Positions 45,206 to 55,790 of a stretch of DNA of 64,000 nucleotides are shown in pieces. Within the stretch, counting starts at the first letter, position 1; every line of letters starts with the position of its first letter. Both the position numbers and the translations under genes were made by a program. The notes beneath the pieces were generated by a model. The model did no database searches and was not told where the DNA came from. It saw only the letters and a program-made list of their open reading frames with translations. The stretch comes from Halieaceae bacterium (GTDB taxonomy: Bacteria > Pseudomonadota > Gammaproteobacteria > Pseudomonadales > Halieaceae), in the NCBI GenBank assembly GCA_038143045.1, contig JAYQLF010000014.1:86799-150798 (forward strand), given 5' to 3'.

Positions 45206-45988
45206 GTGCTGTCCATTCTATCGCCGGCAAAAACGCTGGATTACGAGACCGCGCCGACGACAAAAAAGTCGACCCAGCCGCTGTTTATCGAGCAGGCCGC
45301 CTCATTGGTGGACAGTGCGCGCGCGCTCGGTCCCGATGATATTCGTGCCTTGATGGGTGTTTCTGAGAATATCGCGACGCTGAATCACCAGCGATTTATG
45401 AACTGGCAGCCCGACTTTTCTCTCGATAACGCTAAACAGTCGGTGCTCGCCTTCAAGGGCGACGTTTACACCGGTCTTCAAGCGGACACCTTGACCAAAG
45501 ATGAACTGGCCTTTGCACAAAAACATCTGCGGATTCTCTCGGGACTCTATGGGCTGTTGCGTCCCCTTGATCTGATGCAACCCTACCGGTTAGAGATGGG
45601 ATTGCCCTTTGCGAATGCGGGTGGGAAAAACCTCTATGAGTTCTGGGGTGACCAGATTACCGAGACTTTAGGTAAGCACCTCAAAGCCAGTGGAAGCCCG
45701 GTATTGGTCAATCTGGCCTCCAACGAGTACTTCAAAGCGGTTAAGCCGAAGCAGTTGGATGCGGAGGTGATCACCCCGCAGTTTCGAGACTTGAAAAATG
45801 GTCAGTACAAGATGATTTCGTTTTTCGCCAAAAAGGCGCGCGGGGTGATGGCGCGGCACATTATCCAGAATGGTCTGAATGATCCGGAGGGCCTCAAGGA
45901 TTTTAATGGAGACGGCTACTATTACAGCCCTGAGCACTCAGATGGTACGACGTGGGTGTTTTTACGCGACGCGCCACCTCAGGGTTGA
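45206..45988 (+). CDS. yaaA: Peroxide stress protein YaaA (UPF0246)
   Basis: LSPAKTLD, ILSGLYGLLRPLD..PYRLEMG, NLASNEY, AKKARG. Confidence 0.95.
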   Translation: MLSILSPAKTLDYETAPTTKKSTQPLFIEQAASLVDSARALGPDDIRALMGVSENIATLNHQRFMNWQPDFSLDNAKQSVLAFKGDVYTGLQADTLTKDELAFAQKHLRILSGLYGLLRPLDLMQPYRLEMGLPFANAGGKNLYEFWGDQITETLGKHLKASGSPVLVNLASNEYFKAVKPKQLDAEVITPQFRDLKNGQYKMISFFAKKARGVMARHIIQNGLNDPEGLKDFNGDGYYYSPEHSDGTTWVFLRDAPPQG

Positions 45989-47130
45989 TCTGGCTCTTGT
46001 TTAAAGGGCAGCAGTGTTGCGGCATCACGCTGGTACGCCCGCACCTGCTCAGACTCCTGCTCCGCGAATTGCGCCACCGCTTCGCGTAATCGCTCATCTG
46101 CAATCCAGTGGTTTGAGTAGGTGAGCACTGGCTCGAAGCCCCGCTGAATCTTGTGCTCTCCCTGCGCTCCCGGATCGAACCGGCTGAGCCCTTTCTGAAT
46201 ACAATATTCGATGCCGAGGTAATAGCAGGCCTCGAAGTGCAGGTAGTCGAACTCTGCAAGGCAGCCCCAGTAGCGGCCGTACAGCGTGTCTTCTCCCTCG
46301 AAAAACAGAGCGGCTGCGACGGGTTGGTCCCCGTGATCTGCGATAACCATGACGGGGGTTTGCCCGAGGCTGGGACAAACGTCATTAAAAAACGACCCGG
46401 TTAGGTAGCCGCCATGCCCAGACCGCTTCGCGTAGGTCGTTTGGTAGCAACGATGAAAAAATTGCCAATCCTCAGCTTGTATCTGCTGACCCTTCAGTGT
46501 GCGCAAAACCAGTCCCTGCTTGGCGATGTGCTCACGCTCCCGCCGTAAGTTTTTGCGTTTGCGGCTACTGAAGCGGTCAAGAAAATCCTGAAAATCCCGG
46601 TAGCCTTGGTTGAACCAATGAAACTGGGTGGTGAGCCGTTGTGACATGCCGGTATCGATCAGTTGCTCAGAGCTTTTTTGATCGACAAACAGCAGGTGCC
46701 AGCTTGAAATTTCCAGCGATTCACACAGGGCTTTACCGCATGCAGCCAGCGCGGCCGGGTCGTTGGCAGCGTCCTCAACCAGTCCCCAGCGCTGCCCTGT
46801 GGCGGGCGTGAAAGGTACGGCCGTCACCAGTTTGGGGTAGTAGCGTAAGCCCATTCGCTGCCACGCATCTGCCCAGGACCAATCAAAAACGTACTCGCCG
46901 TAACTGTGTGTTTTCAGATAAGCGGGCAAGAAGCCAACGGGCTCCCCGTCGCGTTCGAGTCGCAAGTGCGCCGGCTGCCATCCGCTCTCGGTCGTTGTGC
47001 ACCCTGAGGTTTCGAGTCCGTGCAGAAAATCCCACTTCAGAAACGGATCGTGCGTGCCGAAACAGGACTGCCATAACGTGGCATCGATCTCGGTCATGGA
47101 CCGATGCACTCTGATGTCATAGGAGTCCAT
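45979..47130 (-). CDS. GNAT/FemAB-like protein (DUF482 family)
   Basis: HSYGEYVFDWSWA, YYPKL..PFTPATG, LYGRYWG, GAQGEHK. Confidence 0.88.
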   Translation of the reverse strand: MDSYDIRVHRSMTEIDATLWQSCFGTHDPFLKWDFLHGLETSGCTTTESGWQPAHLRLERDGEPVGFLPAYLKTHSYGEYVFDWSWADAWQRMGLRYYPKLVTAVPFTPATGQRWGLVEDAANDPAALAACGKALCESLEISSWHLLFVDQKSSEQLIDTGMSQRLTTQFHWFNQGYRDFQDFLDRFSSRKRKNLRREREHIAKQGLVLRTLKGQQIQAEDWQFFHRCYQTTYAKRSGHGGYLTGSFFNDVCPSLGQTPVMVIADHGDQPVAAALFFEGEDTLYGRYWGCLAEFDYLHFEACYYLGIEYCIQKGLSRFDPGAQGEHKIQRGFEPVLTYSNHWIADERLREAVAQFAEQESEQVRAYQRDAATLLPFKQEPDQP

Positions 47131-47135
47131 ATTGT

Positions 47136-48116
47136 TCAGCTGACACCACTACTGAGCCAAAAGTGACCGCAGAGCCCCGCAAGGATCATGAGGCCAATCC
47201 ACTTACTCTGGTTGAAGGCCGCGAAACATTGCGTGGTATCTCGGTGCCTGATCAGCCAAAGATGCCGCATAAACATGACGCCGACTGCCGCCACGGCACT
47301 GAAATAAATGGGGCCTAAACCAAAAGCAACGCCGCATTGCCAGAATGCAATCAGGCAAAGGGCTTGTAGTAGGCCGATGATCCGTACATCTAAATCACCG
47401 AACAAAATGGCCGTGGATTTGATACCGACAGACAAGTCATCCTCTCTGTCTACCATGGCGTACTGTGTGTCATACACAACCGTCCACAAGACATTGGCTG
47501 CAAACAACCACCACAGTTCATTGGGCAATGAATTGGTGCTGGCCGCGAACGCCATGGGGATGCTCCAGGCAAAAGCGAGACCCAAGACGATCTGCGGCCA
47601 GTGGGTGACGCGCTTCATGAGGGGGTACACCATCGCCAAGGCAGCGCCCACTACTGATAGTTGAATCGTCAGCGGGTTGGTTAGGGCGACCAGGCCTAAC
47701 GCCGCTGTCAGCAACAGCAACAATAAGACCAACGCCTCTTTAACGGTTAGCGCGCCCGTTACCAACGGCCTTAGTCGGGTCCGCTCGACGTGCCCGTCCA
47801 GATTGCGGTCAGCCAGATCATTGGCAATACACCCTGCAGCGCGCATCACGACGACGCCAACAACGAAGATCACCAGTAGTCGCGCACTCGGCTGACCTTC
47901 ATTAGCCAATATGACACCCCACAATGTAGGGGCCATGAGCAGAAAGGTGCCAATGGGCTTGTCGAAGCGCATGATCTCTAGCGCCGACCGGATCTTTCCG
48001 GAGACGGGGGGTTGAGGTGCGGTGGGCGAGACAGATTCGGTCACGGCGTGGGTCTTAAGCTGTCGGCTCAACAGTCTAGCGGCCTGCGCAGAGTGATGCG
48101 ATACCCGCACGCTCAA
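47136..48116 (-). CDS. ubiA: 4-hydroxybenzoate polyprenyltransferase (start uncertain)
   Basis: RFDKPIG, NDLADRNLDGHVERT, YDTQYAMVDREDD. Confidence 0.94.
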   Translation of the reverse strand: MSVRVSHHSAQAARLLSRQLKTHAVTESVSPTAPQPPVSGKIRSALEIMRFDKPIGTFLLMAPTLWGVILANEGQPSARLLVIFVVGVVVMRAAGCIANDLADRNLDGHVERTRLRPLVTGALTVKEALVLLLLLLTAALGLVALTNPLTIQLSVVGAALAMVYPLMKRVTHWPQIVLGLAFAWSIPMAFAASTNSLPNELWWLFAANVLWTVVYDTQYAMVDREDDLSVGIKSTAILFGDLDVRIIGLLQALCLIAFWQCGVAFGLGPIYFSAVAAVGVMFMRHLWLIRHRDTTQCFAAFNQSKWIGLMILAGLCGHFWLSSGVS

Positions 48117-50203
48117 ACCCTGGCGAAATCCGCCCGGGCGCCTGCCCAGCGCTGCATGAGTGCCTGTGCCCGCGGCAGATCTTCCTCGTAGAGTTGCGCC
48201 GCAATCTCCTGTGCCTCGGTCAAAAGATCCTCGTGCTCTGGCAGAAGCGCAATCCGGAACGCTGCCAAGCCGGTCTGTCTCGTACCTAATAGCTCGCCCG
48301 GTCCTCGAATGGCCAAATCCTTCTCGGCGATGAGAAAACCATCAGAGGAATCCTGCATCGTTGTCAGTCGCTGTTGGGCGGTGTCTGAAAGGGGTTGCTT
48401 GAACATCAGTAAACAATGGCTCTCGGTGGCGCCCCGGCCGACGCGGCCGCGAAGCTGATGTAACTGGGCGAGACCCAAGCGCTCCGCATTATCAATAATC
48501 ATCAAGCTGGCATTGGGCACATCGACACCGACTTCGATCACCGTCGTCGCCACCAGCAGTTGGATCTCGCCGGCTTTAAACGCCGCCATCACGTCGGCTT
48601 TTTCTTGAGGTTTCAACTTGCCGTGCACCATCCCAACCCGCACGTGCGGCAGCGTGCTGTGCAGTTGATCACGGGTCGCCTCCGCCGCCTCGATATCCAG
48701 TGTGTCGTTCTCCTCAATCGCTGTGCATACCCAGTAGGCCTGTCGACCGTCTTGGCACGCAGCGCCGACTCGTCTGATAACAGCGTCACGACGTCCGCTG
48801 TCGATCAAAGTGGTGGTGACCGGCTGTCTGCCCGGGGGGAGTTCGTCAATGACCGAGCAGTCGAGGTCGCCATAAGCCACCATCGCTAAAGATCGGGGAA
48901 TCGGCGTTGCGGTGAGCGCCAATTGATGCGGGTGCTGGCCGTCGGCACCTTTGTCGGCGAGTGACAGTCGTTGATGAACGCCAAAACGATGTTGCTCGTC
49001 AACGATGATTAGTCCAAGTCGATGAAAGTGGACGTCATCTTGAAAGAGCGCATGGGTGCCGACGACGATTGGCGCCCGTCCGTCCGCCAGCTGGTCGAGC
49101 ACGTCTTGCCGGCTTTTTCCCTTGGTTCGGCCGCTTAACCACGCGACCGATAAACCTAGCGACTCGAACCAGTTGGCAAGATTCGCGTGGTGCTGCTCCG
49201 CCAGTAGCTCAGTCGGTGCCATAAAGGCGACCTGATAGCCCGCAGCGATCGTGTCCAGCGCTGCTCTTGCCGCGACCAGGGTTTTGCCGGAACCGACGTC
49301 GCCCTGGACCAGCCTCAACATTGGCTGTGTCATGGCCATGTCGGCTGCGAGCTCTTCCGCGACACGGACTTGCGCTGCGGTGGGGTGAAACGGTAGGCCG
49401 GCAATGAATGCCTGAGTCAGCGGCGCGGACGCCGTGATCGCGGGTGCATGGTATCGGCGCTCTTTGTCCCGCACGCCCTGCACGGTGAGCTGATGCGCGA
49501 TCAGCTCTTCCCGCGCCAACCGAATCTGAGCCGGATGAACGCCTTGGTGGATATGATCCAGGCGGGCGCCAGGGGGCGGGTTGTGCAAAAAGGCGATAGC
49601 TTCAGCCAGCGTAATGCGATCGTTGGTAATGTTCTGAAGGAGATCCTCGGGTGGCTGTCGGTTGAGCGCGGCGAGCGCTTGCCCGCATAAATTTCGCCAT
49701 GTGCTCTGCCCGAGGCCGCTGACGGTGGGATAAACCGGCGTTAACGCCGCCTCGACCAGATCCGCTTTGTCGCCCAGGCGATATTCAGGATGAATGATCT
49801 CAATGCTGCCGCCAAGCCATCGAGGTGTCCCGAACAGTTGTACGTGAGCGCCCGTTTTGAACTGGTTTACCTGTGCCTGGCGGAAGTGAAAGAAACGAAC
49901 GGTCAATATGCCGGTACCGTCTTCAACTTTGACCAGCAAAGTGCGTCTGCGGCCCATTGTGACGGCCGCGCCGCGGACGGTGCCCTCGATGACCGCATCG
50001 ACTTGATCGCGCAGTCCGGCGATGGGCGTGAGTTGTGTTCGGTCTTGATAGCGGAGTGGAAAGTGGAACAGTAAATCTTCGAGAGACTGAATACCGATAT
50101 CCGCCAGCCGGGATGCCATTTTTTCGCCAACGCCGCGCAATGTGGTGACGGGTTCTAGCAGTATGGATTGGCTCAAGCGTGCCCCGGGATGGAAACCTGT
50201 CAT
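48113..50203 (-). CDS. recG: ATP-dependent DNA helicase RecG
   Basis: QGDVGSGKT, DEQHRFGV, TATPIPR, QLHQLRGRVGRG. Confidence 0.98.
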   Translation of the reverse strand: MTGFHPGARLSQSILLEPVTTLRGVGEKMASRLADIGIQSLEDLLFHFPLRYQDRTQLTPIAGLRDQVDAVIEGTVRGAAVTMGRRRTLLVKVEDGTGILTVRFFHFRQAQVNQFKTGAHVQLFGTPRWLGGSIEIIHPEYRLGDKADLVEAALTPVYPTVSGLGQSTWRNLCGQALAALNRQPPEDLLQNITNDRITLAEAIAFLHNPPPGARLDHIHQGVHPAQIRLAREELIAHQLTVQGVRDKERRYHAPAITASAPLTQAFIAGLPFHPTAAQVRVAEELAADMAMTQPMLRLVQGDVGSGKTLVAARAALDTIAAGYQVAFMAPTELLAEQHHANLANWFESLGLSVAWLSGRTKGKSRQDVLDQLADGRAPIVVGTHALFQDDVHFHRLGLIIVDEQHRFGVHQRLSLADKGADGQHPHQLALTATPIPRSLAMVAYGDLDCSVIDELPPGRQPVTTTLIDSGRRDAVIRRVGAACQDGRQAYWVCTAIEENDTLDIEAAEATRDQLHSTLPHVRVGMVHGKLKPQEKADVMAAFKAGEIQLLVATTVIEVGVDVPNASLMIIDNAERLGLAQLHQLRGRVGRGATESHCLLMFKQPLSDTAQQRLTTMQDSSDGFLIAEKDLAIRGPGELLGTRQTGLAAFRIALLPEHEDLLTEAQEIAAQLYEEDLPRAQALMQRWAGARADFARV

Positions 50204-50247
50204 GCTACGCTCTTATCTTAGCCATTCTTGAGCAAGGCCGTGAAGTC

Positions 50248-51090
50248 ATGCATCTCCTTATTCTCGGTTGCGGAGATATCGGGACACGAGTGGGCTTGTC
50301 GCTGATCCAGCAGGGCTGGCGGGTCTCCGCAGTCCGCCGCCAGCCGCATCTCTTGCCAGACTGCTTTGAGCGGCTCGGGCTGGACATCACCGACGAGGAG
50401 CGTCTTGCCGACCTTGCACCGTTGGCGCCCGATTATGTGCTCGTCACCCCCACCCCGCTTACCTACGACCCTGCGGGGTATCAGGCCGGTTTTGCTGATG
50501 TGGCGGCATCACTGGCGAGCCAGGATTGGGTCAATCGATGCCGGCGGGTGATCTGGGTGTCCTCTACTCGTGTGTATCGTGAGGCAAACGGTGGTTGGGT
50601 GGATGAGCATGCCGCGCTGAATGTGGCAGAGCCGCAGGCCGCGGCGATGGTGGCCGCCGAGGCGATTATGCGACGCGGTGGCACGGCGACGATTATTCGA
50701 CCGGCGGGTGTCTATGGTGATCCAGAAGGCATGTTGATGCGCCGTGTCAAAGCAGGGGAGGGAGGTAGCACCGCCGCAACCTTTGGTAATCGCATCCACC
50801 GTGATGATTTATCGCGCCTGATTGTGCATTGCCTTTTGCGTGACCAGCGCGGCGAGGGTGTGCCACCGACTTTGGTTGGGGCCGACAATGACACGACCCC
50901 CACACATGCGATAGAGGACTGGCTGGCCGCTCAGCTTGGCGTGACGCTGAGGCGGTCAGCTGAGGGCGGGGTGGTTCGCGCCCACCGTCGCTGCGTCAAT
51001 GCGCTACTCGCGCAGATCGGCTTCACACTCGAATATCCGACTTGGCGTGAGGGATATCAGGCCTCTTTAGGGGCTTTGTCCGACCCATAG
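50248..51090 (+). CDS. NAD-dependent epimerase/SDR family protein (YeeZ-like)
   Basis: LILGCGDIG Rossmann motif, SSTRVY, NRIHRDD, YPTWREG. Confidence 0.85.
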   Translation: MHLLILGCGDIGTRVGLSLIQQGWRVSAVRRQPHLLPDCFERLGLDITDEERLADLAPLAPDYVLVTPTPLTYDPAGYQAGFADVAASLASQDWVNRCRRVIWVSSTRVYREANGGWVDEHAALNVAEPQAAAMVAAEAIMRRGGTATIIRPAGVYGDPEGMLMRRVKAGEGGSTAATFGNRIHRDDLSRLIVHCLLRDQRGEGVPPTLVGADNDTTPTHAIEDWLAAQLGVTLRRSAEGGVVRAHRRCVNALLAQIGFTLEYPTWREGYQASLGALSDP

Positions 51091-51120
51091 CAGTGATACT
51101 GCTTCGTGCACAGCTCAAGT

Positions 51121-51504
51121 CTAGAGCGCTAAAACAGCTTCAATCTCGATATGCGCGCCTTTGGGCAACGCAGCAACCTGAACACAGGCTCGAGCTGGAT
51201 AGGGTTCTTCAAAGTAACTCGCCATGATGGCGTTTACGGCGTCAAAATCACCGAGATCCGTTAGTGAGATATTGATTTTCACCGCGTCATTCAGGGTGCC
51301 GCCCGATGCTTCTGCGACCGCCTTGAGATTCTGAAAGACTTGCTCCGCCTCTGCGCTGATGTCGCCCTCGACGAGGGTCATGGATGACGGGTCTAAGGGG
51401 ATTTGGCCCGAGATCCAGACCGTGTTGCCTACTTTGATAGCCTGCGAGTAGGGGCCAATGGCTTGCGGTGCAGATTGGGTCGCGATGATGGCTCTGTTCG
51501 ACAC
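51121..51504 (-). CDS. ridA: RidA/YjgF family deaminase
   Basis: APQAIGPYSQA, SGQIP, PYPARA, EIE; GGAG RBS before GTG 51504. Confidence 0.9.
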   Translation of the reverse strand: MSNRAIIATQSAPQAIGPYSQAIKVGNTVWISGQIPLDPSSMTLVEGDISAEAEQVFQNLKAVAEASGGTLNDAVKINISLTDLGDFDAVNAIMASYFEEPYPARACVQVAALPKGAHIEIEAVLAL

Positions 51505-51607
51505 GGGAAACGCTCCGATAAAAGACCGAAGGTGCATTGAATAACGGACATCCAAGCGCCGCAAGACCAGAGTGGCTTCGTTACCGTTTGTAGCACTTGA
51601 GCTGAGA

Positions 51608-53821
51608 TTAGCGGCGCGCGGCCCTCACGACTTTCAGCACGCCATCGACGCTTCGTAAGCGCTTCATGGCATGCGCGAGATGGGTCCGGCTGGTGACCTG
51701 AAGCTCGAGATCGACAAAGGTGAATTCCACGTCTTTGTTCTGCGTGGCGATGCGCTCAATGTTCAGCCCCATCGCGCTCAGGCGCGTCGCGAGTACAGCA
51801 ATCATGCCCCGGCGATTCTCAACCTGAACCCGGAGACCCACCGGATAGGTGCGCTCCACCACGTCATCCCAGTGCAAAGAGATCAGTCGATCAGGTTGAT
51901 CCCTGTGCTCGACCAGATTACGGCAACTTTCCCGGTGTACCATCAGGCCTTTTTCCTGGCTTAGGTACCCGTGAATTGGATCGCCTGGGAGTGGGCAGCA
52001 ACATTTGGCGTAGGTTACGCTCATGCCCTCGGTGCCCCGAATGCCAAGGGTAGCGCCCTCGCCGGCCACGACGGATTCGCCGCTGGTTTGTGTCAGCTGA
52101 GCTACGGCAATATGGGGCAGTGTGTTACCGAGCGCGACATCAATGAGCAGCGAATTGACGTCATTTTTTCCCAGTGCCTTCAAGGCCGCCTGCATGGTGT
52201 TTTCATCGATCGCACTGAGACGCAGGTCGTGTGCCATGAGCGCGCGATCCAGCAGGTTGCGGCCCAAAGCGAGGGAGTCTTCCTCGCGCTGATCTTTCAG
52301 GAAATGTCGGATATGGGTCCTGGCCCGAGCTGTCACGACCCAATTCAACCAGGAGGGGCTGGGTCTTCCCGTTGGAGACGTGACGATCTCAACTGTGGCG
52401 CCACTCTCAAGAGGTTCGGATAACGGCACCAATTGATTGCTGACACGCGCGGCAACACATTGATTACCAATGTCACTATGCACGGCGTAGGCAAAGTCAA
52501 CGGCGCAGGACCCTTTCGGGAGCTCGAGAATGTCCCCGCGGGGAGTAAAGACGTACACCTCATCAGGGAACAGATCGATTTTGACGTTCTCGATAAATTC
52601 AAGCGAGTCGCCCGCCCGCTGCTGCATTTCAAGCAGGCCCTGAACCCACTCGCGGGCGCGGGTATGCGAGATATTCGCGCCCGTCTCTTCGCTCTTGTAG
52701 AGCCAATGGGCGGCGATGCCGTTATTGGCCATATCTTCCATTTCGTGCGTGCGAATCTGGATCTCGATCGGTACGCCGTGCATCCCCTTCAGCACGGTAT
52801 GCAATGACTGATACCCGTTGGCTTTTGGGATGGCAATGTAATCTTTGAATTCACCCGGTACTGGTTTGTAAAGGCTGTGCACCATCCCTAACGCGCGGTA
52901 ACAGTCATCAACCGAGTCCACCAGTAGCCGAAAGGCGAAGATATCCATGACCTCCGAGAAGGATTTTTTCTTCGCCTTCATTTTGTTGTAAATGCTGAAC
53001 AGATGTTTTTCTCTGCCCACCACCGTCGCGTTCAAACCCTCGCGGTCCAATCTTTGGCTCAACTGGCTGCGGATCTGGTCGATCAATTGTTTTCGGTTGC
53101 CACTGGCAGCCCGACGTGCTGCTTCAAGGCGTCTTGCGCGCATGGGATACAGCGCTTTTAAGCCGAGGTCCTCAAACTCCATGCGCACTTCGTTCATTCC
53201 GAGGCGCATGGCGATCGGCGCATAGATATCCAGCGTTTCACTCGCAATCCGTTTAATTTTTTCGCGGTTTAAAACGCCCAGCGTGCGCATGTTGTGCAAG
53301 CGGTCAGCGAGTTTGACGAGAATGACGCGGATATCCCTTGCCATGGCCAGCGTCATTTTCTGGAAGTTTTCAGCTTGTCTGAGCTCAACAGAATCAAACT
53401 CCACATGGGTGAGTTTGCTGACGCCATCAACGAGTTCAGCGACTTCTTCGCCAAACTGCGCGCCGATGTCTTCCTTGTTCACGCCGGTGTCTTCGATGAC
53501 GTCGTGCAAAAGCGCCGCCATCAGGCTTTGCGCGTCCATGTGCATGCGCGCAAGAATGCTGGCCACCGCCAACGGGTGCGTGACGTAGGGCTCGCCACTG
53601 CGGCGGGTCTGGCCGTAATGGGCTTGCTCGGAGTAATAGTAGGCGCGGCGGACCTGCTGCGCTTGATCCAGCGGCAGGTAATCGGCGATCAATTGCTCAA
53701 AGGAGGCCAACGAACTATTGGCAAATTGGCCCGTTCGCGATGCCGTGGATGGATCAGCCGCCCGGAGAGAGGATACGCCGGGGAAGGACCCGCTAAGCGC
53801 TTGGAGTGTTGTTGCCACCAC
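51608..53821 (-). CDS. spoT: Bifunctional (p)ppGpp synthetase/hydrolase
   Basis: RRSGEPY, LLHDVIED intact HD motif, KDYIAIPKANGYQSLHT, TGS and ACT domains; follows rpoZ. Confidence 0.96.
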   Translation of the reverse strand: MVATTLQALSGSFPGVSSLRAADPSTASRTGQFANSSLASFEQLIADYLPLDQAQQVRRAYYYSEQAHYGQTRRSGEPYVTHPLAVASILARMHMDAQSLMAALLHDVIEDTGVNKEDIGAQFGEEVAELVDGVSKLTHVEFDSVELRQAENFQKMTLAMARDIRVILVKLADRLHNMRTLGVLNREKIKRIASETLDIYAPIAMRLGMNEVRMEFEDLGLKALYPMRARRLEAARRAASGNRKQLIDQIRSQLSQRLDREGLNATVVGREKHLFSIYNKMKAKKKSFSEVMDIFAFRLLVDSVDDCYRALGMVHSLYKPVPGEFKDYIAIPKANGYQSLHTVLKGMHGVPIEIQIRTHEMEDMANNGIAAHWLYKSEETGANISHTRAREWVQGLLEMQQRAGDSLEFIENVKIDLFPDEVYVFTPRGDILELPKGSCAVDFAYAVHSDIGNQCVAARVSNQLVPLSEPLESGATVEIVTSPTGRPSPSWLNWVVTARARTHIRHFLKDQREEDSLALGRNLLDRALMAHDLRLSAIDENTMQAALKALGKNDVNSLLIDVALGNTLPHIAVAQLTQTSGESVVAGEGATLGIRGTEGMSVTYAKCCCPLPGDPIHGYLSQEKGLMVHRESCRNLVEHRDQPDRLISLHWDDVVERTYPVGLRVQVENRRGMIAVLATRLSAMGLNIERIATQNKDVEFTFVDLELQVTSRTHLAHAMKRLRSVDGVLKVVRAARR

Positions 53822-53839
53822 CGCCAGCGGGACCGTGTA

Positions 53840-54097
53840 TTAGAGAATGGGCGTCTCGAAGCTGGCCGCCAACTCTTCTTCTGCTTCGATTTCGCTTTCG
53901 CGTGCCAGGACTTCGGGAGTGATTAACCCTTCTGCAATCTCTCGAAGCGCGATCACAGTGGCCTTATCAGAATCGTCTTCCACGAGGGGGTCTTTGCCGC
54001 CAATCGCCATTTGACGAGCGCGCTTTGCAGCCAGCATCACCAATTCAAATCGGTTATCGACGTTATCCAGACAATCTTCAACAGTGACTCGTGCCAT
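53840..54097 (-). CDS. rpoZ: RNA polymerase omega subunit
   Basis: [25 protein letters not shown]. Confidence 0.98.
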   Translation of the reverse strand: MARVTVEDCLDNVDNRFELVMLAAKRARQMAIGGKDPLVEDDSDKATVIALREIAEGLITPEVLARESEIEAEEELAASFETPIL

Positions 54098-54219
54098 GAC
54101 CGTATGGTCTCCTTTGTTGCTGCCGCCATGTCAGGCGGCCGCGCAGTATACCCCAGTCGCCCCCGGTTTTCCGCGACGACAGCGTAAATAAGGCGGTTTC
54201 ACAATCCTTTACGGCGTTT

Positions 54220-54840
54220 TCAGCCGACCAGATGTTCAATCAGGTCGTGTAGCGCAGACTGTTGCTGATGGGTTCGAAGTCGCAGCGAGCGCACGAGCGC
54301 CCGCAACTCCTCGAGCGCTGCATCAAAGTCGTCGTTGATAATGAGGTAATCGGCTTCATCCCAGTGCGACATCTCGTCTCGCGCTGCCCGCATCCGCACA
54401 TCAATGGTATCGGCGTTATCCTGGCCCCGAGTTTGCAAACGGGTTTTTAGCGCCTCGATAGACGGCGGTAAAATGAAAAGCCATGCACTGTCTGGCAATA
54501 GATCGCGTACCTGCTGAGCGCCCTGCCAGTCTATTTCAAGAATGACATCTGCGCCTTCCGCCAACCGGGATTCGAGCTGCGTCAGGCTGGTGCCGTAGAA
54601 ATGCCCAAACACCTCAGCCGACTCGAAAAACGCGCCCGCCTCGCGCATTTCCTCAAAGGTGTCGTTAGAAATAAAAAAATAGTTCACCCCTTCGGTCTCG
54701 CCCGGGCGTTGTGGTCGGGTGGTATGTGACACCGAGACTTCAACGCGCGGCTCCTGCTCAACCAGGGCTTTGATCAAGGATGTTTTCCCTGCGCCACTTG
54801 GGGCCGAGATGATCAGTAATTGTCCTCTGGATGGGCTCAC
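54220..54840 (-). CDS. gmk: Guanylate kinase
   Basis: SAPSGAGKTSL, SHTTR, EIDWQGA. Confidence 0.97.
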   Translation of the reverse strand: MSPSRGQLLIISAPSGAGKTSLIKALVEQEPRVEVSVSHTTRPQRPGETEGVNYFFISNDTFEEMREAGAFFESAEVFGHFYGTSLTQLESRLAEGADVILEIDWQGAQQVRDLLPDSAWLFILPPSIEALKTRLQTRGQDNADTIDVRMRAARDEMSHWDEADYLIINDDFDAALEELRALVRSLRLRTHQQQSALHDLIEHLVG

Positions 54841-54847
54841 ACGCTAC

Positions 54848-55717
54848 CTATTCGATATTCTGAATTTGTTCACGCATCTGTTCGATCAACACCTTGAAGT
54901 CGACCGAGGTGTTGGTGGTGCTGAGAGCGGTGGATTTTGAGCCCAGTGTATTGGCTTCACGATTGAGTTCCTGCATCAGGAAATCCAATCGCCGACCACA
55001 AGGCCGTTACATCGCTAGTGCCGTCTCGATAGCGTCGAGATGTGCATCGAGACGATCCATCTCCTCATCCACATCGGCGCGCTGCAGGACGTATACAACT
55101 TCCTCTTCTAACCGAACCGGGTCCGCTTCAATGTCGAGCACGTTAAGGCGTTCCAGCAGTCGCGCCCGATGCGCAACCTGCAACCCGGGTAACCGCTCCC
55201 GAAGCTCGTGCAATTGCGCTCTCATGGCGTGTGCCCGCTGTCGAACCATTGTGGCCAGTTTCTCTCCTTCCTGAGAACGCTGCTGCTGGAGCTCTCTCAG
55301 ACAGGCTTCAGCGGCTTCCAAAGTAGCGGCTTGCAACGCCTCCGCGTCTTGCTCCTGCTCGATCAGCACGCCCGGGGCCATCAGCAGCCCCAATTGATCT
55401 GGCTGGGCGGCGCTTGGAAATTGGTCGGCAATGCTCGCCAAGGCACCCTGCAACGCTGATAAGCGCTCTGCGTCAATCGCGGTAGCGGTTTTGTCGCCAG
55501 TGTCTGAGGCGCGAATGGTGAACTCAAGTTTTCCCCGCGTGCAGTATGCCGAGGCTTTATCCCGCAGCACGTTTTCAATGCTGCGCAGCGCATCCGGCAT
55601 ACGAAAGTGCAGGTCGAGGAAGCGGTTATTCACCGAACGACACTCGACGGTGACCGAAATAGCCCCTGTTGTTACACTCCCGCGGGCGAACCCCGTCATG
55701 CTCTGAGTCACGATCAT
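54848..55717 (-). CDS. yicC: YicC/YloC family endoribonuclease (in-frame TAA at 55007-55009 interrupts it)
   Basis: SMTGFA, SVNNRFLD; the same frame continues after the stop as RPCGRRLDFLMQELNREANTLGSK...MREQIQNIE. Confidence 0.9.
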
Positions 55718-55790
55718 TCCCTGCTAAAGAACGACGCTGATTGTAACAGCAGTGTTCAGGGCTGACTGTGCTGTCAGTAGGAGAAACACT

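Noticed and set aside
55737-55752. CTG-N10-CAG LexA-like pattern between yicC and rph
   Set aside because: Lacks the CTGT/ACAG core and alternating AT spacer; expected by chance
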